Source: Octopus sinensis
Lineage: Eukaryota
NCBI RefSeq assembly: GCF_006345805.1
Contig: NC_043006.1
Coordinates: forward strand, 74,090,001 to 74,154,000
DNA: 64,000 nucleotides
Reading direction: 5' to 3'
The notes beneath the pieces were generated by a model. That model made no database searches, had not been told where the DNA came from, and was given only the letters and a program-made list of their open reading frames with translations. Shown one piece after another: positions 1 to 13,858 of this stretch. A program made the position numbers and the translations under genes. The first letter of the stretch is position 1, and every line of letters begins with the position of its first letter.

Positions 1-3
1 TAA

Positions 4-54
4 TTATGGTTAATTTTTAATCCGTATCTTTATGGTTAATTTTTAATCCGTATC
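4..54. repeat. 26-bp-period tandem duplication
   Basis: ttatggttaatttttaatccgtatc at 4-28 and 30-54. Confidence 0.9.
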
Positions 55-1843
55 ATCATCGCAAATTGTAGACTAATGTGATGTAAGCTCATGTTTAGAT
101 TTATCTTATTACATTCTAAACTATAGATATAATCTCAATGTAGTTCAATTGGAACCAATCTTAATTTTCATCTATTTTCCGCAGTTGATGTTTTTCATAC
201 AATATTTTTGAAATATCTCCTTTTAATTATTTCAAGATGCTGAAAAGAAAAGAGAAGATATAATAAAAGTTGGGAAAATATAGCGCTCTACCTTTACTGT
301 CATATCAGTTTTAGAAATATACGCAATCTGCTTTGAAAAATACTTTCATCATTATTTTTCGTTTCGTTACGTTATAAACCTGGGCTTGTTTATTTTATAT
401 GAAACACATACGATGTAATTCCATCGCGCACCTTAGAACAGGATATCGAGTGATGAGCTTCTTCCATTATTTTCCCTTTCTTTCCTTGGAATGGCTGTCA
501 CATGTTTTATTTTAAAATTCTTTTGTTTTGTTTTTATAGTTTTAGCTTGTTTGTCTAACGTCCAGCCATTGAAATTAAAATCAATATAATTAACTTATGA
601 ATGAGGATATATCGCTAAGCATCAGAACATTTTACGTGTTTGGGCGTTATGGCATTATGCATGCCGCCATTTATAATTTCTGGCATGGTTCACTCTTTAA
701 AACGCATCACATGCAAAACATTGAAAATTCGCCTTATATCAGACATTTGTCAGCATGCCAACTTGAACTGCCTTCTCTAAGTGTAGTCCACCAGATTTGT
801 TGTTGACCTGTCTGGGAGAAATTGTATATTAAACTAAATTCCTGAACGCGTTCAGTTACAGGTGCTCTGAGAATTATAACTTGAATGTTAATGCTTCTAA
901 AATCACTGTTCTTTATTATTCTATATTCCGAATAGAATTGTATACTTTCTTTGTGGCTTTGATTGAATATTTTGAAATTATAGTTTTCGTCTCCCTTTTG
1001 CATGACATGAAAAGAACTTATAAAATAATTGCTAGGACACAGGAAAACATTGGTCGCACAAATTGTAAAAGTGGCTGGAAAATATTATGATTTTGATTTC
1101 AATAAGTGATTTAGCCATTGTTGTCCCGATACAATTAAATAAGGACAGCATTTATTGAAACTAGTGAATATAATTGTTATTGTCTATTATTGCTGCTATT
1201 GATGTTGTCATTGAAGGGAGCAAAGGTTCATAATTATTGCTTTATCATTGTATTTCTCTAATCTCACAGTTAAATAGTTTTCCCAAAGTGAATAATATAT
1301 TTAGTAGTAATTATTCCGTCTGGGTGTGCACCAATAATTCTTCCGAATCAATGATAAAGTATTGATGAACTGTAAAAAGAACAAAACCAATAATAGCTAA
1401 GAGAATATTGATTTTTGCCATAGGCACAAGGCTAGGATTTGGCTAGGAGGGCCAACAATCGGTTACATCAACCGCTGTAACTGATCTGTACTAATTTTAT
1501 CGACTAATATTTGCTACGCATCAGAAATTTTTACATGCCGTTGCATTATCTATAGCTCCATTGGGGATTTTTCTCCCGTGGAAGCATGTCTTTTGTTGAG
1601 CAATAAAAACTAATGGGAAGAACAGCTGTAGTAGAGCACAGAACGTAAAGCGCCGTCACTAAATAATGCAAGACTTCTTTTCAGACTATTACAGTTCCCC
1701 AACCTAACAGCAGGATTAGTCGATTCACTTAACCACAGTACAGAGTGGTACTTCCTTTAATCGGCTTTAAAATGATGAAAAGTACAGCTGATTTTCATAT
1801 TTTAACGTGTACTTTTAATGCGGTCTTCCTAATACATTAACCA

Positions 1844-1874
<31 letters not shown>

Positions 1875-2083
1875 AATCAATTTAGGGTAGCAAAAATTTC
1901 AATAGAAATTTATCGCTACCAGCGGTCTAGTGGGAAAGAGAAAATAGTCAAACACTAAATATATAAAAATTTTAAATTTAACAATTAAGGAATGGCCTTA
2001 ATAGACCATTCGTCCACTAGAAAGAGCAGCCAGGACTCAAACCGCTAAGTATTAGTAATTCAGAAATTAGGTGAAAAAAAAAA

Positions 2084-2117
<34 letters not shown>

Positions 2118-2221
2118 ATAGAATACAGATGTATACATACATTCACGTACATGTGTACACAGACGTGCGTGTGTTTGTGCTATTGTGCGTGTAATGTGAT
2201 TAATCTTAAGGGTAAAATTAA

Positions 2222-2267
2222 TTCTATTTAACTGTTCTATTTAACTGTTCTATTTAACTGTTCTATT
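2222..2267. repeat. 13-bp tandem repeat, about 3.5 copies
   Basis: (ttctatttaactg)n. Confidence 0.9.
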
Positions 2268-2605
2268 CCTACTCCTTATCACTTGTTCATCAAGCCACAC
2301 GACGCTATTTAATCTGTTTCCTTTGATTATGTAACTAAATCAGTTAAATATAATCATATTATGAATTAAAGAATTTTTGTTTTTTCTTCCTATTGACATT
2401 ATTTTCTCCTCTAAGCAGTCTATAAGCATTACGTTTAATGTTTATGTTGTACTATTTGTCGAGAGTAATAGAATAGGGAAAAAGCAGACTATAAAATTTA
2501 TCTATCTATCTGTCTATCTATATATATATATATTTATATATCTGTATGTAAACATTAGAGTTAATGTGTAAAAAGACATTAATGATACATATCAGGCACA
2601 CCACA

Positions 2606-2677
<72 letters not shown>

Positions 2678-2830
2678 TTATATATATATATATATATATA
2701 TGCGACACACACACACAAATATTTTCTCTTAGCAGCACAATGATTGTCGTTTTACCTATTCAAAATTTCAGCTCCTTGAATGGAAAAACTTGTAGCCTAC
2801 AACCTGGAACAGTTATAGATACATCACTGA

Positions 2831-2890
<60 letters not shown>

Positions 2891-2940
2891 TGTATTAAAT
2901 TATACATTTATATATACTTGTCTGTATATGCACACATATC

Positions 2941-2977
<37 letters not shown>

Positions 2978-3601
2978 ATGAGAGAGAAAGAGAGAGAGAG
3001 AAGGAGAGAGGTAGAGGGATTATGTCTCATCTTAAACCGAAGGAAAAACCTCTTATCGAAAATGTAAAGAAAATTATGACAAAAAGGTACCAGTTATGTG
3101 GATTAAAGACATGGTATTTAGTATATGCAAGTTTATATTCTGTCTGGAAGAATTAGCATGACAGAATGGTTAAAAAAAGTTTGTTTGCAGCCATCTGACC
3201 TATTTGGGCAAGTGTGATTTTCCATAGCTTCGAGTCGACCCGACCCTTATGAGAGGACTCGGCTCGATTAGAATATTTTTAGAATCTTGTTGCATGGATT
3301 GCATTTGCAAGTTCAACGTCCAGCCTTTTCTCACACTTTGTCACGTTTATTCCATCTGAGTATTAGATTAAGAGTACGTAAGTGTGGAGTGATTATTTAC
3401 ATACTCCTTAGTTCGATGTGCAGGTTTGTTTAGTTCACTGAACGTCTGAACACATATCGACGAAACCGACGAAGGTCCATTGACTTTTATAACCATGGCT
3501 GTTATGCCTTATCTAGCAGAAATTGCCTATTATCTCTTACACTCAGTAAAATTTTTAGGAGAAATATGATGCGTTGAATTCAACTTACCAAACTAGACTT
3601 T

Positions 3602-3912
3602 GTGAAGATGCAATGGCTCAGTGGTTAGGGCAGCGGACTCGCAGCCGGAGGAACGCAGTTTCGATTCCCAGACCGAACGTTGTGTGTGTTTATTGAGCGA
3701 AAACACCTAAAGCTCCACGAGGCTCCGGCAGTGGGTGGTGGTAACCCCTGTTGTACTCTTTCGCCCCAATTTTCTCTCATTCTTTCTTCCTGTTTCTTGA
3801 GTAACGCTGCGATGGACTAGCATCCCGTCAAGCTGGGGGGAACACATACGCCATAGAAGCTGGGAAACCGGGCCCATGAGCCTGGCTAGGATTGAAAAGG
3901 GCACATAAAAAA
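3602..3912 (+). mobile_element. tRNA-derived SINE group B (head B1, tail with gctgcgatggact motif)
   Basis: A/B-box-like head tggctcagtggttagg...gtttcgattccc; A-rich end; homologous to 30018-30315. Confidence 0.85.
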
Positions 3913-3984
3913 AAATAGTCTTTGCAAATGTGTGTCTTTGACATGGCAGTAATAGCATAGTGTTAGAGAATATGTAATCTAGGG

Positions 3985-4035
3985 CAGTGCTTCTCAAACT
4001 AGCTGATCTGATGTACCAGCAGTTTTTTTCCAATG
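3985..4035 (+). mobile_element. Possible hAT/Charlie-type terminal fragment
   Basis: cagtgcttctcaaact terminus only; no partner TIR found. Confidence 0.3.
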
Positions 4036-5249
4036 TGTCAGAGACCGGTACGTATAGTCGGACAAAGTACCACTAAGCATTTTGTCCATCATGCTAACGA
4101 TTCTGCCACGTCGCCGCCTTATGGCTCTTAATATTCTGTATTTCAATTATACCAATCTGTAAAGATAAGTAATAGACAGCGATATATCAATGTTTTGATG
4201 CCAATTTAGACAGAAAACGCCCCTAACCATGATAAATTCTTGCTATGTTTATTCAAAAGAGAAATACCAAGTGTATATTCTTCATTGTGCAATGTTTCCT
4301 ATTATTCTACCAGTTTTGTCAATTACGAAATGAAAGGATAAAAATTAGTTGTGGCTACAAATTTATATAGAAACACATTTTTAAACCATTTAAGTGTTAT
4401 GTTTAAAGAAAAGAAATGTTCCTTCTTAGAATGGGGAAAAACATCTGCTACTTTCACTATAAACATGAAGGAATATGTACTTTTAGGAAGTACCAATCGA
4501 TTAATCGCAAGTATATTTCCTTATGATGTTTCGAAACATCTATTCAAACTTCTTTAGTTTCGAATGGATTCATAGACACATGTCGACTACGAATTTCGTA
4601 ATGTTCTTCATGGAAATCGATCAGTGAATTGCTTGGAGAATCAATATTGTGAAAGAGAATTTCAATGGCTAAATTTATCTGTACGTCTTCACAAAATGTC
4701 CATCAATAGAATGAAATATGTTTTGATTTATTTATCTGTCTATTTTATCAAATATAACAAAAGAAAAGACTTGGACTTTTGATAAGATAGAAAAATAATC
4801 CGTGGCATAAAAACGTCTCCCAAGAGCATTTATACATTGAGTGAAATAAATGTTTCAACAAATAACCGAAACAGCATTGAAATTCGGCTCGCTTGTGGGT
4901 TATATTTCGCTAATTTATGCACGGCACCGATGAATATGTAGGGATTATTTACATGGTTGTTTATCATGATAGAAAAAGCATAACATCACAGCCTATTCTT
5001 TAAAGTGTGTTGGTTGGATCAATATTACTAATATTTGTTTTTGATAATTTTCGCACACACAACGGAATTTTTAGTGACTGCGAGTAATTCAATTACATCG
5101 ATTCTAGTACTTAACTTATTATTTTTTTAAACCGATTCCGAAACACTAAAAGGTGAAGTCAATCAGAATTGTCATCGCTGGAACTTATCACGCGATCAGC
5201 TTTGTCGCAAGCCTAGAAAACATCACGCAATTAGCTTCGTTCCAAGCCT

Positions 5250-5445
5250 AAAAACAAGGCCTGAAATTTGTGGGGAAGGGGCTAGTCGATTACTTTGATC
5301 CCAGTATTTCACTGGCACTTAATTTATCGACCTCGAAAGGACGAAAGGCAAAGTTGACCTCGGCGGAATTTGAAGATGGAAGATGGAAGAAATTCCGCTA
5401 AGCATTTTGCCCGACGTGCTAAAGTTTCTACCAGTTCGCCACCGT

Positions 5446-5446
<1 letters not shown>
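5250..5446 (-). mobile_element. SINE group A
   Basis: Core aatttatcgacctcgaaaggacgaaaggcaaagttgacctcggcggaatttg and head; adjacent (AAT)n. Confidence 0.8.
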
Positions 5447-5488
<42 letters not shown>

Positions 5489-6049
5489 GTAGTAGTAATA
5501 AGAAGAAGAACATGATGCGGATTACAGGTAAATAAAATTTGAATTGTTGAACGCCAAAATATTTTTCATTTCATGGAAACTAGTAGCGATCAGCGTCAGC
5601 AAGTCAACTAAATCTTATTGATAATCTTTCCAATGGATATTTATCATCATCTCTGTCTTAAATCTTTCTTCAAAATAGATTCTCAGTGCTATTACAAATT
5701 TTAAAACGAAACAATTTCCTCTATTCAACGAAATACATTACGATATAGCGAGCTCCGTACCTTAGGAAACAAATTTCCGGTATACCAATTCTAGATTCAA
5801 ATGTTTTCACTTTAAAAATACTACTTTTCCTGAGAAATCTCTAACAGCCAGAATTCCAAGTTTCAGTTTTGTCAAAAAGGTATTTAATAATTAAAGAGTG
5901 TTATCCGACAACGTTCAGAAACATAGGATCGTGTAAGTAATGCGAACATTAAAACAGAGTTTAATATAGAAAAGACGCATAAACATACCAACAAAAGCAT
6001 CTCAATTCCCATATTACACTACAATCTGAGAATAAAGGAATACTTTAGT

Positions 6050-6434
6050 GGAAGCACTCCGTCGGTTACGACGATGAGGGTTCCGGTTGATCCGAATCAA
6101 CGGAACAGCCTGCTCGTGAAATTAACGTGTAAGTGGCTGAGCACTCCACAGACACGTGTACCCTTAACGTAGTTCTCGGGGATATTCAGCGTGACACAGA
6201 GAGTGACAAGGCCGGCCCTTCGAAATACAGGTACAACAGAAACAGGAAGTAAGAGTGAGAGAAAGTTGTGGTGAAAGAGTACAGCAGGGATCACCACCAT
6301 CCCCTGCCGGAGCCTCGTGGAGCTTTTAGGTGTTTTCGCTCAATAAACACTCACAACGCCCGGTCTGGGAATCGAAACCGCGATCCTATGACCGCGAGTC
6401 CGCTGCCCTAACCACTGGGCCATTGCGCCTCCAC
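6050..6434 (-). mobile_element. SINE group B (head B1, tail T1)
   Basis: Full, little-diverged copy; tail shared with 9983-10308. Confidence 0.9.
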
Positions 6435-7059
6435 GAAGGAATACTACATAGGAAAATATTTTCCTAGCTATAGGATAATATGACGGAACTTACTTTGGGT
6501 CATAGGTCAACTGAATCAGACTTAATAGGGTGTCAAAGAGTTAAGAATCGTTTTTAAAAAGGTGGAATAATTCCCATAACTCCAATCCCATGTTAGATTA
6601 TATCATACATTATTGTCTTTGAGAAAATGAAAAGCAAATTTATCAAGATTGAATTTAAATTATGAAGCAGTTCTGTACAGAACTGCATACCGGAAAGTTC
6701 GAGTTGGATAATTCCTGTAGTCTGACTTCAGTTGAAGGCTAAGTTTTAATATGTTGGAACGATACCATCAAAGTAGGTGCAGCCTTGTCACATACTGTTG
6801 TTTCAACCAAAGTTTTGAGGTGAAAGTTCCTGTCTGAGGTATATTCAGACATACATAACTGGAAATCTACTGAGATATTTTGAAACGTATTTGCTGTCTT
6901 CGATGATTTAGTAGAAGTTTACAGGCAGCCAGATGGCAGATTGTTAGAGTGTTGGGTTGATTTGTAATACTCGCTCCAGCTCCCTACACCGAGAGTTTAA
7001 ATTCTTCTGCGATCAGCTTTGCATGACATTACATCGGAGTTGGTAAATAACCGTATTAC

Positions 7060-7170
7060 TTGTGTAATTTAGTGGATTCTTTTATTTCTTTGATTCTGTA
7101 GTCTGTCGGCCACTCATTTTGGAAGAAATCGTCGGTGGTCACATTCCAAGATTCATGGGACCCACCAGAC
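7060..7170 (-). CDS. Candidate symmetric 111-nt exon
   Basis: tttag|G and AA|gtaata; single open frame SGGSHESWNVTTDDFFQNEWPTDYRIKEIKESTKLH. Confidence 0.25.
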
Positions 7171-7584
7171 CTAAACCTAACAAAGCTATATCGTATGTCA
7201 GAACAGTGACCGCGGTGTTGAAGGCCCAAAGCAACGCAGGTTGTCACTTTCAGCGTTTTTTTTCCAGAAATCAAACACGGATTCTCAGTTAAATGTTCCA
7301 ATCACAATCGATAGATAGCACCTGGCCTACAGCATTTGCAGCTGACTCGCGGAGTAGCGTCAAATATAGATAACTTGTAGCTTGTGCAGTAATAATGCTT
7401 CCTGGGCAATTTATCGTGACTAACTTCGAACGGCGCCAACAAACAGTCGGAGTAACCAATGACAAGATTGCGTCATCAGATTCATTTCAGTCAAAATATT
7501 TGCGTTTGTGTTGCATTACCCTTCTTTCTTACACACCACCAGGTGTATAGAAGTGATCTGTTGTTTGATAACTGATTAAAAAGG

Positions 7585-7657
<73 letters not shown>

Positions 7658-8274
7658 TAAAAAAATGGAGTTAACGCAGGTGTAGTCAAATATTTTTACT
7701 TTCGATACATGTTTCGAAAATTCCACTGATACTATTCAAAAGAATAAATGGTATAAACAATGCAATCTTCTCAGGAAAGTGAAAAAAACGTAACTCATCA
7801 ATAAGACATTTTAGCAAAAAATATTCAAAATATTCAACGTAAAGACGAAGTTTCTACCTTTATAAACAAGGAGTTAGAACACCTTTACTTGTGAGATTTT
7901 TGCTGTCCTGGTAACTATTTATTTATTTTTTCCCTGTTAATTGTTAACAAGGTAAAAATACACTCATATATATATATATATGAAAATATCAGAAATAAAG
8001 CTGTATATAACAACAGAAAATAAATAAAATGACTGATCAAAATTCCCAAAAATAAAAATATTATACAGAACTCATATGTCCACACACACACACACACACA
8101 CACGCGCGCACACACGCACACACACACACACACAGTCATGTATATCCTCATGAACTTATATGTGGCTCATATCTACATATATAGATGAATACGCATTCAT
8201 ATCTATGTCAATGTATGTATTTATGTATGTATAAATACACAAATACATGCACGTGTGTGTGTGTGTGTTTGTGC

Positions 8275-8344
<70 letters not shown>

Positions 8345-8743
8345 GTGAGTGTGTTTGTATCTGTGTGCGCAAAACCAGAAGCGAAAAGTAGCCAATTAAT
8401 GAAACGAAGATCAGAAATAACAATCACAAAAAAATATTTATTTCTATAATCAACAACTGATTACGAGTTACACAGAAAATATATAAGACATTTATATATA
8501 TATAAAAAAAAAAGATAGATAAATATAAATTTATTCGAATCAGGAATCGATTAAATCTGTGATAAGTTCGATGCCAGACCAAACGTCAGCAACAACAACA
8601 AGACTAATAAATATTAGTGAGACGTTATTCAGCAAATGAACACAATGTATTTTACTTGTTTGCTATTACTAACATGATTATAAAGTTAACATTCTAGAAT
8701 TACATCGGGGATTGAGTTTGTCTCCAGACAATAGTATGTACAT

Positions 8744-8774
<31 letters not shown>

Positions 8775-8839
8775 CGTGTGTGTGTATGTGTGTGTGCGTA
8801 TGTGTAGTTACGTTTTTATGGAACATGAACATTCCAACG

Positions 8840-8844
<5 letters not shown>

Positions 8845-8887
<43 letters not shown>

Positions 8888-8991
8888 TATATACACATAT
8901 GTATATATATATATGTATATACATATATACATATATATATATATAACATATATATATACATATATATACATATATACATATATATATATAC

Positions 8992-9042
<51 letters not shown>

Positions 9043-9091
9043 CATATATATATATACATATATATACATACATATATATATACATATATAC

Positions 9092-9178
<87 letters not shown>

Positions 9179-9185
9179 ATATTTA
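8845..9185. repeat. (TA)n/(TACA) compound microsatellite
   Basis: Seen directly. Confidence 0.95.
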
Positions 9186-9982
9186 AGCATATATGTGTGT
9201 GCATGTGTGTATATACATGTATATAGTGAGAAGGAAAATGAAGAGAGGGAAGGTGAGTGTGGAACATATGCATATACACATATGCACACAGACACACACA
9301 TGTATTTCAGAGAATTTATGCTATACAATGAATAGGTAAGTAAAATGATTTATATATTCAAACGACGCGATAATTTAGGATGAAAATTACAAGCAATTGA
9401 GATATAGAATTTTATAGAAGCACTAAATATATTTTCGTAACCTTTCGATTATAGTCTTTAAAAGTTCTCACAAAGAAATTACTTTCTTTTCTGTATTTCA
9501 AATTTATTTTAGTTATTTATCTTTCTTGTGTACAGTCAGTGGATGGAATCAAAGAAAAAGGTAATTTTAAAGTTCATTCGGCAATATTTGTTTTTCTTTT
9601 ATCCGTTTGATAATCATTACGAATTTTGCGACTTTATGTTCGATTGTACGCAGTGTCTATGATCTTTTTTTAATGTACAGTTTCTTTTTTCTGAACGCAC
9701 TTCTACATTTTTTCGTGTTTCATTTCTCCTCTGGGTGTCGATGAATGAGATCTAATCGCTGAATCACTCTTTCATAAACACATATTTGCAAAAAATGATA
9801 AATCTCGGACATATCAACATTTCATAATATATATATCTATATATAGACACACACACACATATTTATATATATATATATATATATATATACGTACATATAG
9901 GTGTATGCGATTATATATATGATACATATAGTTATATATAATTATATTTGCATATATATGAATATGAGATAGATATATATAT

Positions 9983-10308
9983 CTTCTTACTCCGCCGGTT
10001 ACGACGACGAGGGTCCCAGCTGATACGATCAACGGAACAGCTTGCTCGTGAAATTAACGTGCAAATGGCTGAGCATTCCACAGACACGTGTACCCTTAAC
10101 GTAGTTCTCGGGGATAATCAGCGTGACACAGAGAGTGACAAGGCTGACCCTTTGAAATACAAGTACAACTCATTTTTGCCAGCTGAGTGGACTGGAGCAA
10201 CGTGAAATAAAGTGTCTTGCTCAAGGACACAACGCGTCGCCGGGAATCGAACTCACAACCTTACGATCATGAGCCGAATGCCCTAACCACTAAGCCACGC
10301 GCCCTCAC
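9983..10308 (-). mobile_element. SINE with a different head (B2) and tail T1
   Basis: Head gtgagggcgcgtggcttagtgg and middle tgtgtccttgagcaagacac; 3' ~190 bp shared with the 6050 copy. Confidence 0.9.
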
Positions 10309-10325
10309 AGATATATATATATATG

Positions 10326-10429
<104 letters not shown>

Positions 10430-10794
10430 TATTAGTGAATGGAAGAAATGGAGTTGAACGAAGATTATATATATATATATATAGGTACAATAAATTCGGG
10501 GTGAATGCTTGGTAAATGTAAGCACCTGTATATGTCAGCTTGTAGTATAGGTGATATATATATGTATCAAATGAAATAAAGGAAAAACAGGACACAAAGG
10601 ATGTTGCGGTACATATGTTTCGGGCTTTATAGAACAACTTATTCTTACATCAATGTATAATCGACATAACAGGTAGTTCAAAAGCGTGCAATTGCTACAC
10701 CAAAGACTTGTATCACATTATAAAAGGTTTGAGAAAAAACATTTGGTATAGTTTATAATGGTAGGTAAACCGAGTATCATTGGGAAAGTATGTG

Positions 10795-11010
10795 TATATG
10801 TTTGTGTGTCTGTGTTTGTTCCTCCCCAACATCGCTTGACAACCGATGATGTGTTGACGTCCCCGTAACTTAACGGTTCGGCAAAAGCAATAGAATAATG
10901 GAATAGGCTTACAAATAATAAGTCCTGGGGTCGATTTGCTAGACTAAAGGCTGTGCTCCGGCATGGCTACAGTCAGATAACTGAAACAAGTAAAAGAGTG
11001 TAAAGAGAGA
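10795..11010 (+). mobile_element. SINE group C, 3' half
   Basis: cttgacaaccgatg..ccccgtaacttaacggttcggcaaaag. Other half-copies lie near 17075-17245, 31220-31390 and 36480-36710. Confidence 0.75.
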
Positions 11011-11417
11011 GTATGTGCGAAATGAAAAATATATAATGGTGACAATTTAGCCATCGCATCCTGCATATCGTAGAATTATCTCGAATACTTTTGACAGGGT
11101 AAATTAAGGAGAAGCGTGTGATGTTACACCTCTACTCGGATAATATTCCCCACTTAAGTTCTGAGAATGGAAGAACAAGAACAAATATTACAAAGCCCCA
11201 AGTCCTACAACGTAAAGTCCCTATCAGGAGAACGCAACTTTGACCTGGACGGAATACGTTGCCTTTTGATATATTTACATTATTTTAAGTAGTTTCCTTT
11301 ACATAAGAGTTGCAATCTCCTGATGGAGTACATCTAATACACACCTTCATCTAACACCAATATCTGGCGATTGAGGAGTTTCTTATTTAATAAAATATAT
11401 TGTGTAGCTAGTATCGG

Positions 11418-11597
11418 TTCAAATTTTAGCACAATGCCAGCAACTTCGGGAGGAGGGGGTAGTTATTTTATCGACCTCAGAAGGATGAAAGTAAATGAGA
11501 GTTTCGGCGGAATTTGAACTCAGAACGTAAAGACGGACGAAATGCCTCTAAGCATTTTGTTTGGCGTGCTAACGATTGTACCATCTCGCTGCCTTAT
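11418..11597 (-). mobile_element. SINE group A
   Basis: Core and head homology. Confidence 0.75.
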
Positions 11598-12708
11598 TAT
11601 GTAGCTAATATTAAGACAAGTTCCGGGTTTTCTTTAAGCGCCAATAGCTCTTACTAACGTTTTCAATGGAATTTAGAGAGAGAGAGAGAGAGGGGGAAAC
11701 ATACGTTCGCATGGTAAAGATATTTGTTTGCATGAATGGAGTATATGTACATAGATGTATAAGTGAAAAAGAAAATTTAATACTGAAAACAAGGAAATTT
11801 TTAATTAATTTTTAGCTAATTAGAAAATGGCATCATCATTGATAGTAGTTCTTACTGTCAGTTATCCACAGATATGTATATAAAATGCTGCTTTAGACGA
11901 TGTTTGTAACGACAATGTATATACCGCATGCCCGTCGTTGATGTTCAAATAAAACTACTTCTCCGAAAATCGTAGCAGTTACAACTAAGTCGGTTGTAAT
12001 AAATGTGAAGAGAAATGGTTATCTTTTCCAACTGTTTCTACGTTTTTCGTAGGAATAGTTGAAAAGTTAAGCACACACGCGAACATACACACGTACAAAC
12101 TCACACATACTTTTCATGTACGCGTTACCAATAAGGGTTTCTAATATGGACATAATACCAGCCATTTTAAGGGAAATTTATCAGATAACTCCAATGATTC
12201 CAGTGTTGGAATGGTACCTTATTTTGTCAACCCCGAAAAAATGAAATTTGAAACTGATCTCAGCGAGATTTGCACTCAGACCATAATCCTGCAGTAGTGT
12301 ATGAGCTTGAGAGAGAGAAAGAGAGAGAGAGTGAGTGAGAGAGAGAGCAGGGATGGGTGGACGTAGACATTTTGTTACATTATATTGGGAGTATCACTAT
12401 GTGTGTACACGAGTTACGGAACTACTCAGTGGAAACTGATGGTTGCTAAACTGAGAGATAGTCTGATGTGTGGTTGTGTATGTGTGACTGAATTAAAAGT
12501 GTAACTGCTCAGCATGTGTGAATGCGTGTGCCAATATGTTTATGTATGTTGCTCACATACACAAGTTTAGGTTTGTGTGTGTATGTGGATGCAGATATGT
12601 GTACTTAGTGATGTAAGGTGAGTGTATTCCCATGAATTTGATACAAATACTTCTGTGATGTATTTCTTCCATATGTGAGTGTGTGAGTGATGCTGTGTCT
12701 GTGTGTGC

Positions 12709-12746
<38 letters not shown>

Positions 12747-13009
12747 CTGTGTATGTGTGTGTGTAGGAAGAAATGTGAAAGTAAGATAGATGGTCAATTG
12801 AGGCCGAAGGGGTATAGTTTGGAGAGGAAAATAAAAAAAGTCACTCCCGTTAGAAACCTATTAAGGCTGGAGTCATTATGTTAGGCCAACCAAACTACTG
12901 TAGAACGTAGTTTTGTGTCATAACAGGAGAAAGACTTTTGATTTCCGAGCCAGATGTCAGTAACTTACTCCTATAATTGATCACCAACATGGCATCCAGT
13001 TTCACGGAT

Positions 13010-13690
13010 GAAACAGCGTCACGGAGGAAACATTTCAAGCAATAGAAGACGCTGGGAGAGGGGCAAGGGAAGGAATCGAAGATGCGGAAAGTGCAGTGAT
13101 ATCATCATATGAGAAAGATGGTGTTGGTGAAGAAGAGACAGGTGTGACAACAATGTCGAAAAACTTCAGGATCCAGGAATGACGGGGTAGAAGGTGGAGA
13201 GGGATCTACGACCCAGAAAGCCGCGTACGTTGCGGACATACATGAACTTGGGAATGGGCTGGATTAGGTAACAGTAGTAGAGTGGTAGGACTGAACCGGG
13301 AAAAGTGGAAAGCGCATAGGGTTTTATGGCCAAGGAGTAAGGTCAATAGGTGGAAACGGAGAGGAACGAAGATGCAGTTAGTAGTTGGTGGGCTTCGATT
13401 AGGGCGGTTTGATCTAGCCTGAGGATAACCTACGTCGAATGAAGTGACGGGCTAGTATTGTGACTGGGTCTCACAGTTTTGGTTGCATCAATAGAGACAG
13501 CGGAAAAGGCGAAATTGGGAGTAAGAGAGAGCGTGTTTGGTGCGGATGGAATAGCAGAAGGAAAATACAAAATAAGAATGAAAAGATGGCTAGTGGGTGT
13601 ATAGAAGGTGATAATGCTGATAGTGTTGTTGGGGTGTTCGACGGAGACAGAGATATGTGGAAAGTTAATGGCGGTTTCGAAGAGATACCT
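13010..13690 (-). mobile_element. Decayed Penelope-like element (RT C-terminus to start of GIY-YIG region)
   Basis: Frameshifted minus-strand translations SQFRLFRCLY..CETQSQ, ARHFIRR, GYP, PLFPVQSYH and FRIFDSFPCPSPSVFYCLKC parallel the Penelope motifs SQFLRLRRLCS, RGYP, PLVLTYHP and FTCTSSNVIYCITC; C-rich sense strand. Confidence 0.65.
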
Positions 13691-13826
13691 CTATATAGAT
13701 GTGTGTGTGTGTGCGTGCGTGTGTGAAGGAGATGGCATCATTTGAAAGCAAAAACAATGCGAGGAATTGCATTGTGGCCAACGGGGTATAGCAACACCCG
13801 ATAGACCGGTCGATATAGAGACATGC

Positions 13827-13858
<32 letters not shown>

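Noticed and set aside
4555-4700. Minus-strand open frame DVQINLAIEILFHNIDSP...KEFE*
   Set aside because: Protein-like, but acceptors are weak and no phase-compatible link to the neighbouring candidate exon was found.
6350-6434. tRNA gene (also 3602, 10230, 24110, 30018)
   Set aside because: A/B-box-like heads run directly into SINE bodies, with no complete acceptor stem or oligo-T terminator.
7120-7230. Plus-strand PPDLN resembling the mariner WPPxSPDLNP motif
   Set aside because: Too short, the flanking residues do not fit, and there are no TIRs.
11166-11291. Plus-strand ORF MEEQEQILQSPKSYNVKSLSGERNFDLDGIRCLL...
   Set aside because: About 41 aa, with no recognisable homology and no good donor site.
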